A DNA stretch of 64,000 bases from an uncultured Gemmatimonadales bacterium (GCA_963795085.1 CAWCFX010000004.1:320001-384000); one strand, 5' to 3'. Counted from the first letter of the stretch, positions 27,724 through 40,452 are shown. Numbers and translations are program-made. The notes: generated by a model from the letters alone, not told the origin.

Positions 27724-28581
27724 TCAGCCGACAAAATCCACGTCCACCTGCTCGGGAATCAGCTCGGCCCCATAGGCCCGGTCCAGCAGGGCCTGGACGG
27801 CCTCGCGCCCCCGGGCGCCATAGTCCACGGTCCACTGGTTGACGTACATGCCGACGAAGGTGTCGGTCCGTTCGTCGCCAATCCCGCGATTGTACTGGCG
27901 GGCGTGGGCCAGGGCGGGGGCCCGGTGCTCCAGGCCGTACACGATGCTGGCCTTGAGATCGCGGGCGACCTGCGCGACGATGGCGTCACCCAGGTCACGG
28001 CGCACCACGTTGCCGCCCAGCGGCAGGGGGAGCCCGGTGTCGGCCAGCCACCAGGCGCCCATATCTTCCCAGAGATGAAAGCCGGCATCGGCGTAGGTGA
28101 GTTGCCCTTCATGGATCAGCAGGCCGACGTCCACGTCCCCGCGCGTCACGGCCGCCTCGATCTGGTCGAACGGGAGCACCACTTCCTCGACGTCCGGCTG
28201 GTAGAGCTTGAGCGCCAGGTAGGCGGTGGTCAGCTTGCCCGGGACGCCGACCCGGAGTCCCCGGATCGCCTCCTGGGGCTGGTCGGGGCGGTGCTCCCGG
28301 GAGACCAGCCGGGGGCCGTAGCCGTCTCCCATCGACGAGCCGCTGTTGAGCAGGGCATAGGTGCGGTGGAGGTAGGCGTAGGCGTGAATGGAAACGGCGG
28401 TCACCTCCAGCTCGCCGTTCAGGGCCCGGCGGTTGAGCGATTCGATATCGGACAGTTCGTGCCGGTACTGCAGCCCGCCGGTGTCCAGCTTGCCCTCCGA
28501 GAGGGCATAGAACATGAACGCGTCGTCGGAGTCGGGGCTATGCGCGACGTGGATGATCCGCGGGGGGGTGGCCTGGTTCAC
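27724..28581 (-). CDS. mqnD: 1,4-dihydroxy-6-naphthoate synthase (futalosine menaquinone pathway)
   Basis: AHSPDSDDAFMFYAL, GDGYGP, LIHEGQLTY, TGLPLPLGG, MYVN motifs. Confidence 0.9.
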   Translation of the reverse strand: MNQATPPRIIHVAHSPDSDDAFMFYALSEGKLDTGGLQYRHELSDIESLNRRALNGELEVTAVSIHAYAYLHRTYALLNSGSSMGDGYGPRLVSREHRPDQPQEAIRGLRVGVPGKLTTAYLALKLYQPDVEEVVLPFDQIEAAVTRGDVDVGLLIHEGQLTYADAGFHLWEDMGAWWLADTGLPLPLGGNVVRRDLGDAIVAQVARDLKASIVYGLEHRAPALAHARQYNRGIGDERTDTFVGMYVNQWTVDYGARGREAVQALLDRAYGAELIPEQVDVDFVG

Positions 28582-28604
28582 GGTAGACTCGCTTCTCTCG
28601 TCGT

Positions 28605-29372
28605 TCAGTTCTGGACGGCGGCTGTGGCGTTGGCCCGGAACTCGTCCACCACCGGCTTGTGGTCGAGATACTCGACCCGGTTGGCCGCCATTTCCCGGTC
28701 GTAGCTGGACTGGAACCCCAGGTAACTTCGGCGGAGCGCGGCGTCGTCGTCCTGGGCGCTGGCCACGTTGCCGCGGATCATGGCCGCGAAGAGGTGGCCC
28801 GGGACGGCGGACTCGATGGTGTCGGCCAGTGCCAGCGAGCCGGTGAAATCGCCGACGTTGAACCGCAGCATGGCGGCATGGAACCGGGCGTCGTTGCTGA
28901 TACTGTCCAGCTGCGCGTAGGCGCCGAGGGCCATCGGGGTGAACTGCATGACCTGGATGCTGTCACCGGCAGAGGCGGCCCGGGTGACCCGGTCGAAGAG
29001 CCGGTCGAACCGCTCCTGCGGCGACAGGTTGCTGATGTCGGGCGCCCGGCCCGGGACCGTCGCGCCTCCGACGCTGCCGGGGTTGGCCATGTCGGGGGTG
29101 ACTGGTTCCGGCGCGCCCCGCACCAGCACCCAGATAATGGCGCCGATCAGCACCGTGGACGTGACGCCCGCCACGATCCAGGCCCGGTTCTCCGCCCGGC
29201 GGGGGACGGTCCCGCCCGCCGCGTTCCCGCAGCGGTGGCAGAAGCGGGCACGGGCGGAGAGAGGCGCCGAACAGGAGGGGCAGAGCCGGGGACCCAGCGG
29301 AGCGCCGCAGGCATTGCAGAAGTTGCCGCCGGCGCTCAGCGCGCCGCATGCCGAACAGGTAGGGCTGGTCAT
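28605..29372 (-). CDS. Double zinc-ribbon membrane protein
   Basis: CSAC, CNAC, CPSC, CHRC, then a TM helix and a helical extracytoplasmic domain. Confidence 0.85.
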   Translation of the reverse strand: MTSPTCSACGALSAGGNFCNACGAPLGPRLCPSCSAPLSARARFCHRCGNAAGGTVPRRAENRAWIVAGVTSTVLIGAIIWVLVRGAPEPVTPDMANPGSVGGATVPGRAPDISNLSPQERFDRLFDRVTRAASAGDSIQVMQFTPMALGAYAQLDSISNDARFHAAMLRFNVGDFTGSLALADTIESAVPGHLFAAMIRGNVASAQDDDAALRRSYLGFQSSYDREMAANRVEYLDHKPVVDEFRANATAAVQN

Positions 29373-29453
29373 TGGGGTGCAAGTTAGTCGGCAGGGGGGC
29401 CGGACGGCAGGACGCGCTCTCGCGCGGCGCCCATTCTTCTGCTATTCTCAAGC

Positions 29454-29714
29454 ATGCCCCAGCCCCAACAGCTTCCCGGGTCGCCCCGGGCCCAGCACCT
29501 GGGCGACCTGGCCCGGGCCGATACCCGCTGGCACGTCTACCTGGAGACCACGGCCGAGGGCACCTCCGCCCGGGGCCGGGTCCACTTCGTAAGCGGAGCG
29601 AGACACCGGACCTCGGGATGGATCTTCCTCGAATGGAGCGAGCAGGCGATCTACGACCGGTTTGCCGAGTTCAGCCCGGCGGAATTGTGGAAGCTGCTGG
29701 AATCGCTGGCCTAG
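29454..29714 (+). CDS. Small hypothetical protein
   Basis: 86-aa ORF with protein-like composition, divergent from the zinc-ribbon gene. Confidence 0.65.
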   Translation: MPQPQQLPGSPRAQHLGDLARADTRWHVYLETTAEGTSARGRVHFVSGARHRTSGWIFLEWSEQAIYDRFAEFSPAELWKLLESLA

Positions 29715-29777
29715 CTGTCTGGACTGTTGCGCGGGGCCGGCCCTGACAGGACACGAAAACACGATGTCTCGACAAAA

Positions 29778-30032
29778 GCCTGACCGGCGATGGCGGGTGT
29801 AGCCAACGAGCCGGAGCAGGCACTTCTCGCCTGGACCTTTCTCGTTTTGTAGTGCTGCTGTTTTTCCGCCCTCCTTGTCCAGACAATTATTCTCGGGCCG
29901 CTCGTGATTTCGTGGAACACGACCACAGAATGACGAAGAATGGCCTGACTAGCGATGGCTGGTGTAGCCAACGAAGCTGGAGCGGACACTTCCCCGTTTC
30001 GGCCGTTTCTCGTCTTGCAGTTCTGCTGTTTT
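29778..30032. repeat. Degenerate ~88-bp direct repeat, two copies 165 bp apart
   Basis: 29778-29865 and 29943-30032 share gcctgac..gcgatggc.ggtgtagccaacga..gc.ggagc...cactt...tttctcgt.ttg.agt.ctgctgtttt. Confidence 0.8.
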
Positions 30033-30269
30033 CTTTTTGTTGTCCCGCGGCTGCTGTTGCCTGCCTCTTGGCGTGGTCATCGTGCTGGTTCGGTGGCTTC
30101 GCGATGACCTTGCATTTTCTGCACAGCGAGTCGCCGTCTTCATCAATTTTCCCCATATTGTCTGCAAATGTGACCCAGTTTTTGGGCCGCTTTTGCAATT
30201 TCCGAGTCCACCTGTTACCTTCCGCGGCTCCTGGAACCGACCCTTTTTACCTCTCCGCAAGGACCCGGC

Positions 30270-31646
30270 ATGGCCGCCAAACCCCGCCCCCACATTACCG
30301 AGTTTCCCAAGAGCCTGTCCGGTAGTCGGAAGGCCGATATCATGAAGCTGGCCAACCAGTTCGGGGTGGACTTCCTGCGCCTCCAGTTCACCGACATCCT
30401 GGGGGTGAACAAGAACGTGGAAGTGCCCCGGAGCCAGTTCGAGAAGGCGCTGGAGGGCGAGATCATGTTCGACGGCTCCTCCATCGAGGGGTTCGTCCGG
30501 ATCGAAGAGAGCGACATGCTGCTCAAGCCGGAACTGGACACCTTCCGGGTCCTCCCTTACGAGGACGAAGGCGGGCGGGTCGCCCGGCTGCTCTGCGACA
30601 TCTACACCCCGGACGAGAAGCCCTTCCCCGGCTGCCCCCGGATGACCCTCAAGCGCCAGATGGAGAAGGCCCGGAAAATGGGCTATGCCATGATGGCCGG
30701 GTGCGAGGCGGAGTTCTTCCTCTTCGAGAAGAACGCCGAGGGCGACGCCACCACCGACACCCACGACTCGGGCGCCTATTTCGACCTGACGCCGGTGGAC
30801 AAGGGCGAGGAGATCCGGCGGGTGATCGTCGAGCAGCTGGAGGTGATGGGTTTCGAGGTGGAAGCCGCGCACCATGAAGTCGCCATGGGGCAGCACGAGA
30901 TCGACTTCAAGTACGCCGACGCGCTGACCACCGCCGACAACATCGCCACCTTCAAGTTCATCGTGCGCGACGTGGCCCACCGCTATGGCTTCGTCGCCTC
31001 GTTCATGCCCAAGCCGATCCAGGGCCAGAACGGCAGCGGCATGCACACCCACCAGTCGCTGTTCAAGGGCAAGGAGAACGCCTTCTACGACACCAGGGCG
31101 GAGCACCAGCTCAGCAAGACCGCGCTCAGCTACATCGAGGGCCTGTTGCAGCACGCCCAGGGCTTCTGCGCCATCACCAATCCGCTGATCAACAGCTACA
31201 AGCGGCTGGTGCCGGGCTACGAGGCCCCGGTCAATGTCGCGTGGAGCATGCGGAATCGCTCCCCCCTGATCCGGATTCCCGACCGCCGCGGTCTCGGTAC
31301 CCGCTGCGAACTCCGGATGCCCGACCCCTCGGCCAACCCCTACCTCGCCCTGTCGGTGCAGCTGGCCGCCGGCCTGGACGGTATCGAGCGCAAGCTGACT
31401 GCCCGGGAGCCGGTCAACAAGAACATCTTCGAGATGAGCTACCGGGACCGCCGCAAGTACAAGATCGACGAACTGCCCCGCGACCTGCACGAGGCGCTGG
31501 AGTACCTCGAGAAGGACGACGTCGTCACCGGCGCGCTGGGCGAGCACCTGACCGAACGGTTCCTGGAAGCCAAGCGGGCCGAGGTGCTGCAGTACAACCT
31601 GCAGGTTTCCAAGTGGGAGATCGACAACTACCTGGGACGCTACTAG
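30270..31646 (+). CDS. glnA: Glutamine synthetase type I
   Basis: FDGSSIEGF, HHEVA.GQHEI, FMPKPI.G.NGSGMH, NSYKRLVPGYEAP, ELRMPDPSANPYLA. Confidence 0.97.
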   Translation: MAAKPRPHITEFPKSLSGSRKADIMKLANQFGVDFLRLQFTDILGVNKNVEVPRSQFEKALEGEIMFDGSSIEGFVRIEESDMLLKPELDTFRVLPYEDEGGRVARLLCDIYTPDEKPFPGCPRMTLKRQMEKARKMGYAMMAGCEAEFFLFEKNAEGDATTDTHDSGAYFDLTPVDKGEEIRRVIVEQLEVMGFEVEAAHHEVAMGQHEIDFKYADALTTADNIATFKFIVRDVAHRYGFVASFMPKPIQGQNGSGMHTHQSLFKGKENAFYDTRAEHQLSKTALSYIEGLLQHAQGFCAITNPLINSYKRLVPGYEAPVNVAWSMRNRSPLIRIPDRRGLGTRCELRMPDPSANPYLALSVQLAAGLDGIERKLTAREPVNKNIFEMSYRDRRKYKIDELPRDLHEALEYLEKDDVVTGALGEHLTERFLEAKRAEVLQYNLQVSKWEIDNYLGRY

Positions 31647-31718
31647 GAAAAGTGAGGCGGGAGAGGTGAGCGGGGCGCCTCGCTCACCTCCCCTCTCTCA
31701 CTCCTCACCTCTCACTCG

Positions 31719-32546
31719 ATGTCTCCCGCCTACCTCTTCGACCTCGACGGCACCCTCTACCAGGGCGACGCGGCGATCCCCGGTGCCCCGGAGCTCATCG
31801 CCCGGCTCCGCCAGGAGGGGGCCGGGTTCCGGTTCGTGACCAACACCACCTCCCGGCCCCGGTCCGCCATCGTGGCGCGGCTGCGGGGCTACGGATTTGC
31901 CGTTGCTGAAGACGAGGTGTTCACGGCGCTGCTGGCCGGCGCCCGGGTGGCCCGGGAGATGGGCTGCACATCTCTCCTGCCGCTGGTAACCGCCGCGGCG
32001 TGCGCCGACCTGGATGGGTTCAGGCTGGTGGGTGGAACCGCGGGCGGGCGCGCGCAACCGGTGCCCGCCGGTGCGCCCGACGCCGTGATCGTGGGTGATA
32101 TCGGCCCGCTCTGGTCCTTCGACCTGGTGCAGCAGGCCTTCACCGCGCTGATGGGCGGGGCCCGGCTGATCGCCCTCAGCCGTGACCGCTACTGGATGAG
32201 CGCGAATGGGTTGACGCTCGACTGCGGCGCCTTTGTGGCCGCACTCGAGTACGCGTCCGGGGCGGAATCGGTGCTCGCGGGAAAGCCAAGTCCGGCGTTC
32301 TACCACGCCGCCGTGGCCGGCCTGGGCCTGGAGCCAGGCGCGGCCGAGGTCATCATGGTCGGCGACGACCTCCGGAGCGATGTCGGCGGGGCCCAGCGGG
32401 CCGGGTACCATGGTTACCTGGTACGGACCGGCAAGTTCCGGGAGGACGCCCTCGCGGCAAGCGGCATCGTGCCGGACCGCATTCTCTCGAGCATTGCCGA
32501 CCTCGCCCCGCCTGCGGGGTCGGCGCGCCCGCCGGGTGCCCATTAG
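31719..32546 (+). CDS. HAD-superfamily subfamily IIA hydrolase (LHPP/NagD-like)
   Basis: FDLDGTL, VTN, GKP, VGDD..SDV.GA..AG, VRTGK. Confidence 0.92.
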   Translation: MSPAYLFDLDGTLYQGDAAIPGAPELIARLRQEGAGFRFVTNTTSRPRSAIVARLRGYGFAVAEDEVFTALLAGARVAREMGCTSLLPLVTAAACADLDGFRLVGGTAGGRAQPVPAGAPDAVIVGDIGPLWSFDLVQQAFTALMGGARLIALSRDRYWMSANGLTLDCGAFVAALEYASGAESVLAGKPSPAFYHAAVAGLGLEPGAAEVIMVGDDLRSDVGGAQRAGYHGYLVRTGKFREDALAASGIVPDRILSSIADLAPPAGSARPPGAH

Positions 32547-32576
32547 ATTCCGCACTCCCAGAACCGGAGCCCGGCC

Positions 32577-34178
32577 CTGCTTTCGCGTAGTACGCTCGCC
32601 CTCCTCCTCACGGTCGCCAGTCCCGCTCTCGTCGCCGCACAGGTCCCGGACGACTCCGCCAGCCGGACCATCCGCGCCCTCTCCATCCAGCGGAACGACA
32701 TCTTCGATCCGGCCGAAAGCACCAGCTGGTTCACCCGGCTGGCCAACCGGCTGCATATCACCACCCGGGAGGGCGTCGTTCGCCGGGAGCTGCTGCTCCA
32801 GCCGGGCGAGCCGTACGACTCGGCCCGGGCCGCGGAGACGGCCCGGAACCTCCGGGCGCTGGGCGTCTTTCGTCAGGTCGGCGTGGATACCGTGCGAGGA
32901 GACTCCGGGCTGACCCTCCGGGTGGTCACCCGGGATGGCTGGAGTACCCGCCCCGATTTCCGGTTCCGCAGCACCGGCGGCGAAACCGAGTACACCCTCG
33001 CCTTCATTGAAGACAACGTCCTCGGTACCGCGACGCAGGCGTCAGTCAAGTATCGAAAGACGCCCGACCGCACCTCGACCTCGCTGGCATTCCTGCAGCC
33101 CCGGTTCATCTCCCGCACGATCCGGCTGGGCCTGGAATACCAGGATCGCTCCGATGGCCGCCGCTTCGCCGTACTGGCGGGGCAACCGTTCTATTCGCTC
33201 AGCTCACGGGCCAGCCTCCTGGTCCGGGCCGAAGACCGGCAGGAGCGGGTGCTGCGGTTCCTCGAAGGGAACCGGGCGGCCCGGGATACCCTGCGCCGGG
33301 AGTTCCGGCTGCTGCGGGCGGAGACGGGACTCGCATTCGGTGCCTCGCCCCGCGGGTATCTGAGGGCGGGGCTGATCGGCCAGGTCCGCGAGGATGGATT
33401 CCAACCCGAGGGTGCCGGCCCCATCACCGGAAACACGACCGGCGCCCTCGGCCCCTACCTGGAATGGCGGCGGGCCCGGTTCATCCTGGCGCGCGGTTTC
33501 GTCGGGTTTGGCCGGGAAGAGGACGTGGATGTCAGTACCGCGGTGCGCGTGGGCGCGCTGGCCGCTCCCGCCGCCTTCGGGTACGACCGGGATGGAGTGG
33601 CGCCATTCATCGCCGGCCGGGCGGGAACCTCGTTTGGGGCGGGGTTCGTCTTTCTCGACCTGAAGGCCAACGGGCTCTACGATTCGGGCGGGCTGGACTC
33701 GGGTTCGGTCACGGTGGGCGGCACCGTGGTACTGCAGCCGGGCGACCGCCATACCGTGGTGGTCCACGGCGACGCCGGCTGGATCCGGAATCCGCTGCCG
33801 GGGGAAGAGTTTGACCTGGGGCCCGGCACCGGGCCCCGGGCGTTTCGATCGCATGCCTTCACCGGCGACCGCTCCTTCTTCACCACGGCGGAGTATCGCT
33901 ACACCCTCATCGACGAATTGTGGAAGGTCGTGGGCGTGGGCGTGGCGGGATTCGTGGACTACGGCGGCGCCTGGTACGACGGCTCCCCCCGGCGCACCGG
34001 CTGGGATGCGGGCATCGGCCTCCGGCTCGGCGCCAGCCGGGCGGCGGGGGTGGAGGCGATCCGGCTGGACCTGGCGCACCGGTTTGGCAACGACGCTGAA
34101 GGGGGTGGGTGGCTCCTGGTGGTCGGCAAAGGCCTGACCTTCTCCACCACGCCGGGCGTGGGGAATAGGGGAGATTGA
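32577..34178 (+). CDS. BamA/TamA-like outer-membrane protein with POTRA-like domain; probable CTG start
   Basis: The frame of ORF 32883..34178 extends upstream through a POTRA-like segment (TTREGVVRRELLLQPGEPYD...ETARNLRALGVF) and a signal peptide. GPRAF, TAEYR, FVDYGGAW, GIGLR barrel motifs. GGAG lies 7 nt before CTG 32577. Confidence 0.8.
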   Translation: MLSRSTLALLLTVASPALVAAQVPDDSASRTIRALSIQRNDIFDPAESTSWFTRLANRLHITTREGVVRRELLLQPGEPYDSARAAETARNLRALGVFRQVGVDTVRGDSGLTLRVVTRDGWSTRPDFRFRSTGGETEYTLAFIEDNVLGTATQASVKYRKTPDRTSTSLAFLQPRFISRTIRLGLEYQDRSDGRRFAVLAGQPFYSLSSRASLLVRAEDRQERVLRFLEGNRAARDTLRREFRLLRAETGLAFGASPRGYLRAGLIGQVREDGFQPEGAGPITGNTTGALGPYLEWRRARFILARGFVGFGREEDVDVSTAVRVGALAAPAAFGYDRDGVAPFIAGRAGTSFGAGFVFLDLKANGLYDSGGLDSGSVTVGGTVVLQPGDRHTVVVHGDAGWIRNPLPGEEFDLGPGTGPRAFRSHAFTGDRSFFTTAEYRYTLIDELWKVVGVGVAGFVDYGGAWYDGSPRRTGWDAGIGLRLGASRAAGVEAIRLDLAHRFGNDAEGGGWLLVVGKGLTFSTTPGVGNRGD

Positions 34179-34250
34179 GAATTGAGGGAATTGAGGGAAT
34201 TGAGGAATTGAGGGAATTGAGAGAATCGGGGAAGTGAGGGATTGAGAGAT
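34174..34250. repeat. Purine-rich short tandem repeat (ATTGAGGGA)n, degenerate
   Basis: attgagggaattgagggaattgaggaattgagggaattgag directly after the stop codon. Confidence 0.9.
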
Positions 34251-34277
34251 TGTCGCAGCCGGTGCACATTCAGGCCC

Positions 34278-34706
34278 ATGAGCCAACCCAATCCGCCGGT
34301 CGAAGGTCCTGAAGCGTCCCCCCCTCGCGGATGGAGCCGGAAGACCAAGGTCGTACTAGCCGCAGTGGTACTCTCCCCGCTCGTGATCTTTGGCCTCTAC
34401 ACGCTGCTGGTGCTTACCTGGAGCTATTCCGACGGCTGGCGGGCCGGGGTGCTGCAGAAGTTTTCGCACAAGGGATACGTCTGCAAGACCTGGGAAGGCG
34501 AACTGGCCATGACCCCGGTGCCGGGCGCGGCGCCCCAGATCTGGCTCTTCAGCGTGCGGGACGAAGCGGTCTCCCGGGCCATGAGCGAAGCGGTGGGGCA
34601 GCGGGTTCGCATCCATTACCGCGAGCACCGAGGCGTACCTTCGGAATGTTTTGCCACCACCGACTACTTCGCGGACAGCCTCGTCGTGGAGAGTGCTGGT
34701 CCATAA
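34278..34706 (+). CDS. Membrane-anchored hypothetical protein
   Basis: TM helix, then YSDGWRAGVLQKFSHKGYVCKTWEGELAM; ATG at 34278. Confidence 0.8.
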   Translation: MSQPNPPVEGPEASPPRGWSRKTKVVLAAVVLSPLVIFGLYTLLVLTWSYSDGWRAGVLQKFSHKGYVCKTWEGELAMTPVPGAAPQIWLFSVRDEAVSRAMSEAVGQRVRIHYREHRGVPSECFATTDYFADSLVVESAGP

Positions 34707-34789
34707 GCCTCAATTCTGCAATAGCTTAGAATCTACCCAGCAGGTCCCTGCGGCTGGGCCACACCCGTCCCGGCACCGCCACGGGGGTG

Positions 34790-34839
34790 TTGACAGTTTG
34801 TAACAGAATTCGTATATGATGTAATCTGAAACTCTGTCA
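34790..34839 (+). promoter_or_regulatory. susC promoter/operator region
   Basis: Perfect TTGACA (34790-95), AT-rich TATATGAT downstream, and an interrupted inverted repeat TGACAG.TTT..CAGA / TCTG.AAA..CTGTCA. Confidence 0.55.
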
Positions 34840-34924
34840 GGGCCAACTCTCCATTTTTTCTCCTCACGTTTTTCCCCCATACGGTCGGTCGAGGACGTCA
34901 GGTCCTCGCCGGGAGTAAACACCA

Positions 34925-37834
<2,910 letters not shown>

Positions 37835-37836
37835 AC

Positions 37837-39159
37837 ATGAAAACCAGACGCCTTCTCCTGGCGCTGCTCATCGGGGCGACCGCCTGCGAGTTTGAAGTAG
37901 CCAACCCGAACAGCCCCGATCCGATCGGTGATAACCCGAGCCGGGAACAGGTCGCCGCCGCCGCCATCGGCCTGCTCATCGGCGCGCAGCAGGATGCCGC
38001 CGACTGGATCGTGGACGTAGGCATCATCGGCCGCGAAGCGTATCGGTTCGACGGCTCGGATCCCCGCTTTACCTCCGAGCTCCTCACGGGCTCTCTCGAT
38101 GCCGGCGGCGGCGCCTTCGGCGGCGACCACTGGCTGGAACAGTACCGGACCATCCGGACCGCCAACAATCTGATCCGGGTGCTGCCGACCGCCTCGGCGC
38201 TGTCGGCGGCGGAACAGAGCGCGGCCGCCGGGTTCGCCCGCACCCTGAAGGCCTACAGCTTTCTGATCGTGGTGAGCGGCCATATCCAGGACAGTATTCC
38301 GATCGACGTGGACATCGCCCCCGAGGGGCCGCCGGCTCCCTTCGTGAGCAATGCCCAGGCCTACGCGTACATCGTGGCCCTGCTCGATTCGGCCCAGGCC
38401 GACCTGCTGGCCGGCGGCGGCAACTTCCCCTTCTCGCTGAGCAACGGGTTCACCGGGTTTACGACCCCGGCGGCCTTCAACCAGTTCAATCGCGCGCTGC
38501 GCGCCCGGGTCGCGGTGTACGAGGGCAACTTCGCGGACGCGCTCACCGCGCTGGGCGCATCGTTCATTGACACGCTGCCTCCGTTCGACCTCCAGGCCGG
38601 CGCGTACCACAGCTTCGGCACCGGTCCGGGCGAGCTGCCCAACGCCCTGGCGCTGAATCCCCAGACCGGCGAGAACTACGCCCACCCCTCGCTGGTGACC
38701 GACGCCCAGCAGCAGCCCGGCGGCGCCCTGGACCAGCGCTTCCTCGACAAGGTGGTGACCCGCCCCTCGGCCACGGTGGACAACCTCACCTCCGACCTGG
38801 GCTGGATCCGCTACCCCAGCCCGTCGTCCCCGATCCCGATCATCCGGAACGAAGAACTGATTCTGCTCCGGGCCGAGGCGAATATCGGGCTCAGCAACTT
38901 CGTGGACGCCGCGGCCGATATCAACTTCGTGCGGGTCAACTCGGGGGGGCTGGCGCCTATCGCGGTCCCGGGAGGACAGACGGCGGCCCTCGACGCGCTT
39001 CTGTACGAAAAGCGCTATTCGCTGCTGTATGAAGGGGGACACCGCTGGATTGACCTGCGGCGCTACGGGCGGCTTTCCGAAATTCCGCTGGACCGGGCCG
39101 GGGACCTGGTCTATACCACGTACCCGATCCCGACCAACGAGATTCTGCCGAGACAGTAG
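37837..39159 (+). CDS. susD: SusD/RagB-family lipoprotein
   Basis: MKTRRLLLALLIGATAC lipobox, IRNEELILLRAEA, EKRYSLLYEGGHRWIDLRRYG, YPIP..E. Confidence 0.93.
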   Translation: MKTRRLLLALLIGATACEFEVANPNSPDPIGDNPSREQVAAAAIGLLIGAQQDAADWIVDVGIIGREAYRFDGSDPRFTSELLTGSLDAGGGAFGGDHWLEQYRTIRTANNLIRVLPTASALSAAEQSAAAGFARTLKAYSFLIVVSGHIQDSIPIDVDIAPEGPPAPFVSNAQAYAYIVALLDSAQADLLAGGGNFPFSLSNGFTGFTTPAAFNQFNRALRARVAVYEGNFADALTALGASFIDTLPPFDLQAGAYHSFGTGPGELPNALALNPQTGENYAHPSLVTDAQQQPGGALDQRFLDKVVTRPSATVDNLTSDLGWIRYPSPSSPIPIIRNEELILLRAEANIGLSNFVDAAADINFVRVNSGGLAPIAVPGGQTAALDALLYEKRYSLLYEGGHRWIDLRRYGRLSEIPLDRAGDLVYTTYPIPTNEILPRQ

Positions 39160-39343
39160 AGGGATTGAGGGAATGGGGGAATTGAGGGAATTGAGGGAAT
39201 GTTGGAATTGAGGGAATGGGGGAATTGAGGGAATGGGGGAATTGAGGGAATTGAGGGAAATGTGGAATTGAGAGAATAAAGGGAATTTGATTCAATTCCA
39301 ACATTCCCTCAATTCCCTCAATTCCACATTTCCCTCAATTCCT
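39160..39343. repeat. Tandem GAATTGAGG/GAATGGGG array with an inverted complementary arm
   Basis: Forward array ~39160-39290, complementary (TCAATTCCC)n ~39292-39343, between convergent genes. Confidence 0.9.
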
Positions 39344-40378
39344 TCAGCAGATCCCTCCCGCCAGGAACCAGCAGCTGGCGTGGCTGCTGGTCTTGAAGAA
39401 GCCGAGCAGCAGGTTGGCGACCTTGGTCTCGCCGGAGGTGGAGGGGTGGGTGCCGTCGGACTGAAAATCCCCGGGCGACCAGGTCAGGCCGTCGCCCCGG
39501 GGATTTTCTCCGTCCGCCCACAGGTAGGGTCCCCACGCCAGCCAGGGGGCGACGGTGTCGTAGTTGAGGCTGCCGGCCCGGGGGTCCACCACGGTGCCGC
39601 CGTTGGCCATCTGGGCGATCTGGGCCTCGATCAGCCATTTCACCGAGAAGCCGGTTTCGTACGCGAAGGGCTCCGGGTTGAGCTGGACCGAGGCGTACCC
39701 CGCATAGATCCGGCTGGAGAGGAAGACGATCTGCAGGTTGGGATACCGTGACTTGAGCGCCCGGGCGATCGCGGCCAGGCTGGTCTCCAGCGCATAGGCG
39801 TCCGCGCTGGCGGAGGGCAGGCTGGTGGTGGGGCCAGGATTGGCCTCCTTGAGCCACACCGCCTGCACCTGCGCCTCGGTGAGGCCCAGCGGGGCCAGCA
39901 CCTGGTCGCGAACCCGGTCGTAGTTCGGATCGGAGGGGGCATCCCAGGCGGTGGCGGTCTCGCTGCCCTTGGCGCCGTTGGCGATGACCAGGGTGCCGTG
40001 ATTCACCGCGCCGTCCGCCGCGGCCCGCGCCGAGAAGGTCCAGGCGTTACAGGGACTGGTCTGCACGCCGCACCACTCCTGGGTGGTGTTGGACATGCCC
40101 ACCGAGAGCAGGACGTACTTGCCGTTGGCGCTGGGAGCGCCGTTCACTCCCCGCGGTTGAATCCGACCCGCGCGCACCCGGCCGACGCTGTCATGCATGA
40201 ACGGCATGGTGTTGAGCCCGCCGGGGTAGAGCCCGCCTTCGAACCTGCCGAGGTAGTCGCCGGGGCCCAGGTCGCTGAGGGCGCGGCCCGTCGAGCCGGG
40301 AGAGGGATCGGTGCTGCCGCAGGCCGCGAGCGCGGCAACCACGAGGAAGACAGCCAGGCGCAGGGTCAGCCGGGACAC
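39344..40378 (-). CDS. Lipoprotein, putative SGNH/GDSL-like hydrolase
   Basis: Lipobox LAAC; SVGMSNT (GxS-like nucleophile block), NGA.G, and C-terminal DGTHP (DxxH). GTG at 40378 chosen. Confidence 0.7.
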   Translation of the reverse strand: MSRLTLRLAVFLVVAALAACGSTDPSPGSTGRALSDLGPGDYLGRFEGGLYPGGLNTMPFMHDSVGRVRAGRIQPRGVNGAPSANGKYVLLSVGMSNTTQEWCGVQTSPCNAWTFSARAAADGAVNHGTLVIANGAKGSETATAWDAPSDPNYDRVRDQVLAPLGLTEAQVQAVWLKEANPGPTTSLPSASADAYALETSLAAIARALKSRYPNLQIVFLSSRIYAGYASVQLNPEPFAYETGFSVKWLIEAQIAQMANGGTVVDPRAGSLNYDTVAPWLAWGPYLWADGENPRGDGLTWSPGDFQSDGTHPSTSGETKVANLLLGFFKTSSHASCWFLAGGIC

Positions 40379-40452
40379 AAGACGCTCCGGAGAAAGGCTG
40401 CGATAGGTTACCCCTAGCCGCCGCCCGCTGGCAAGTGCTATTCTTCGCCACC

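Noticed and set aside
30182..30197. sigma54 promoter for glnA (TGGGCCGCTTTTGCA)
   Set aside because: GG-to-GC spacing is 9 nt rather than the required 10; the similar element at 16458-16470 fails for the same reason.
29852..30345. ORFs 29852..30325, 29887..30198 and 30037..30345
   Set aside because: Atypical composition, overlapping each other and the repeat; no motifs or SD support.
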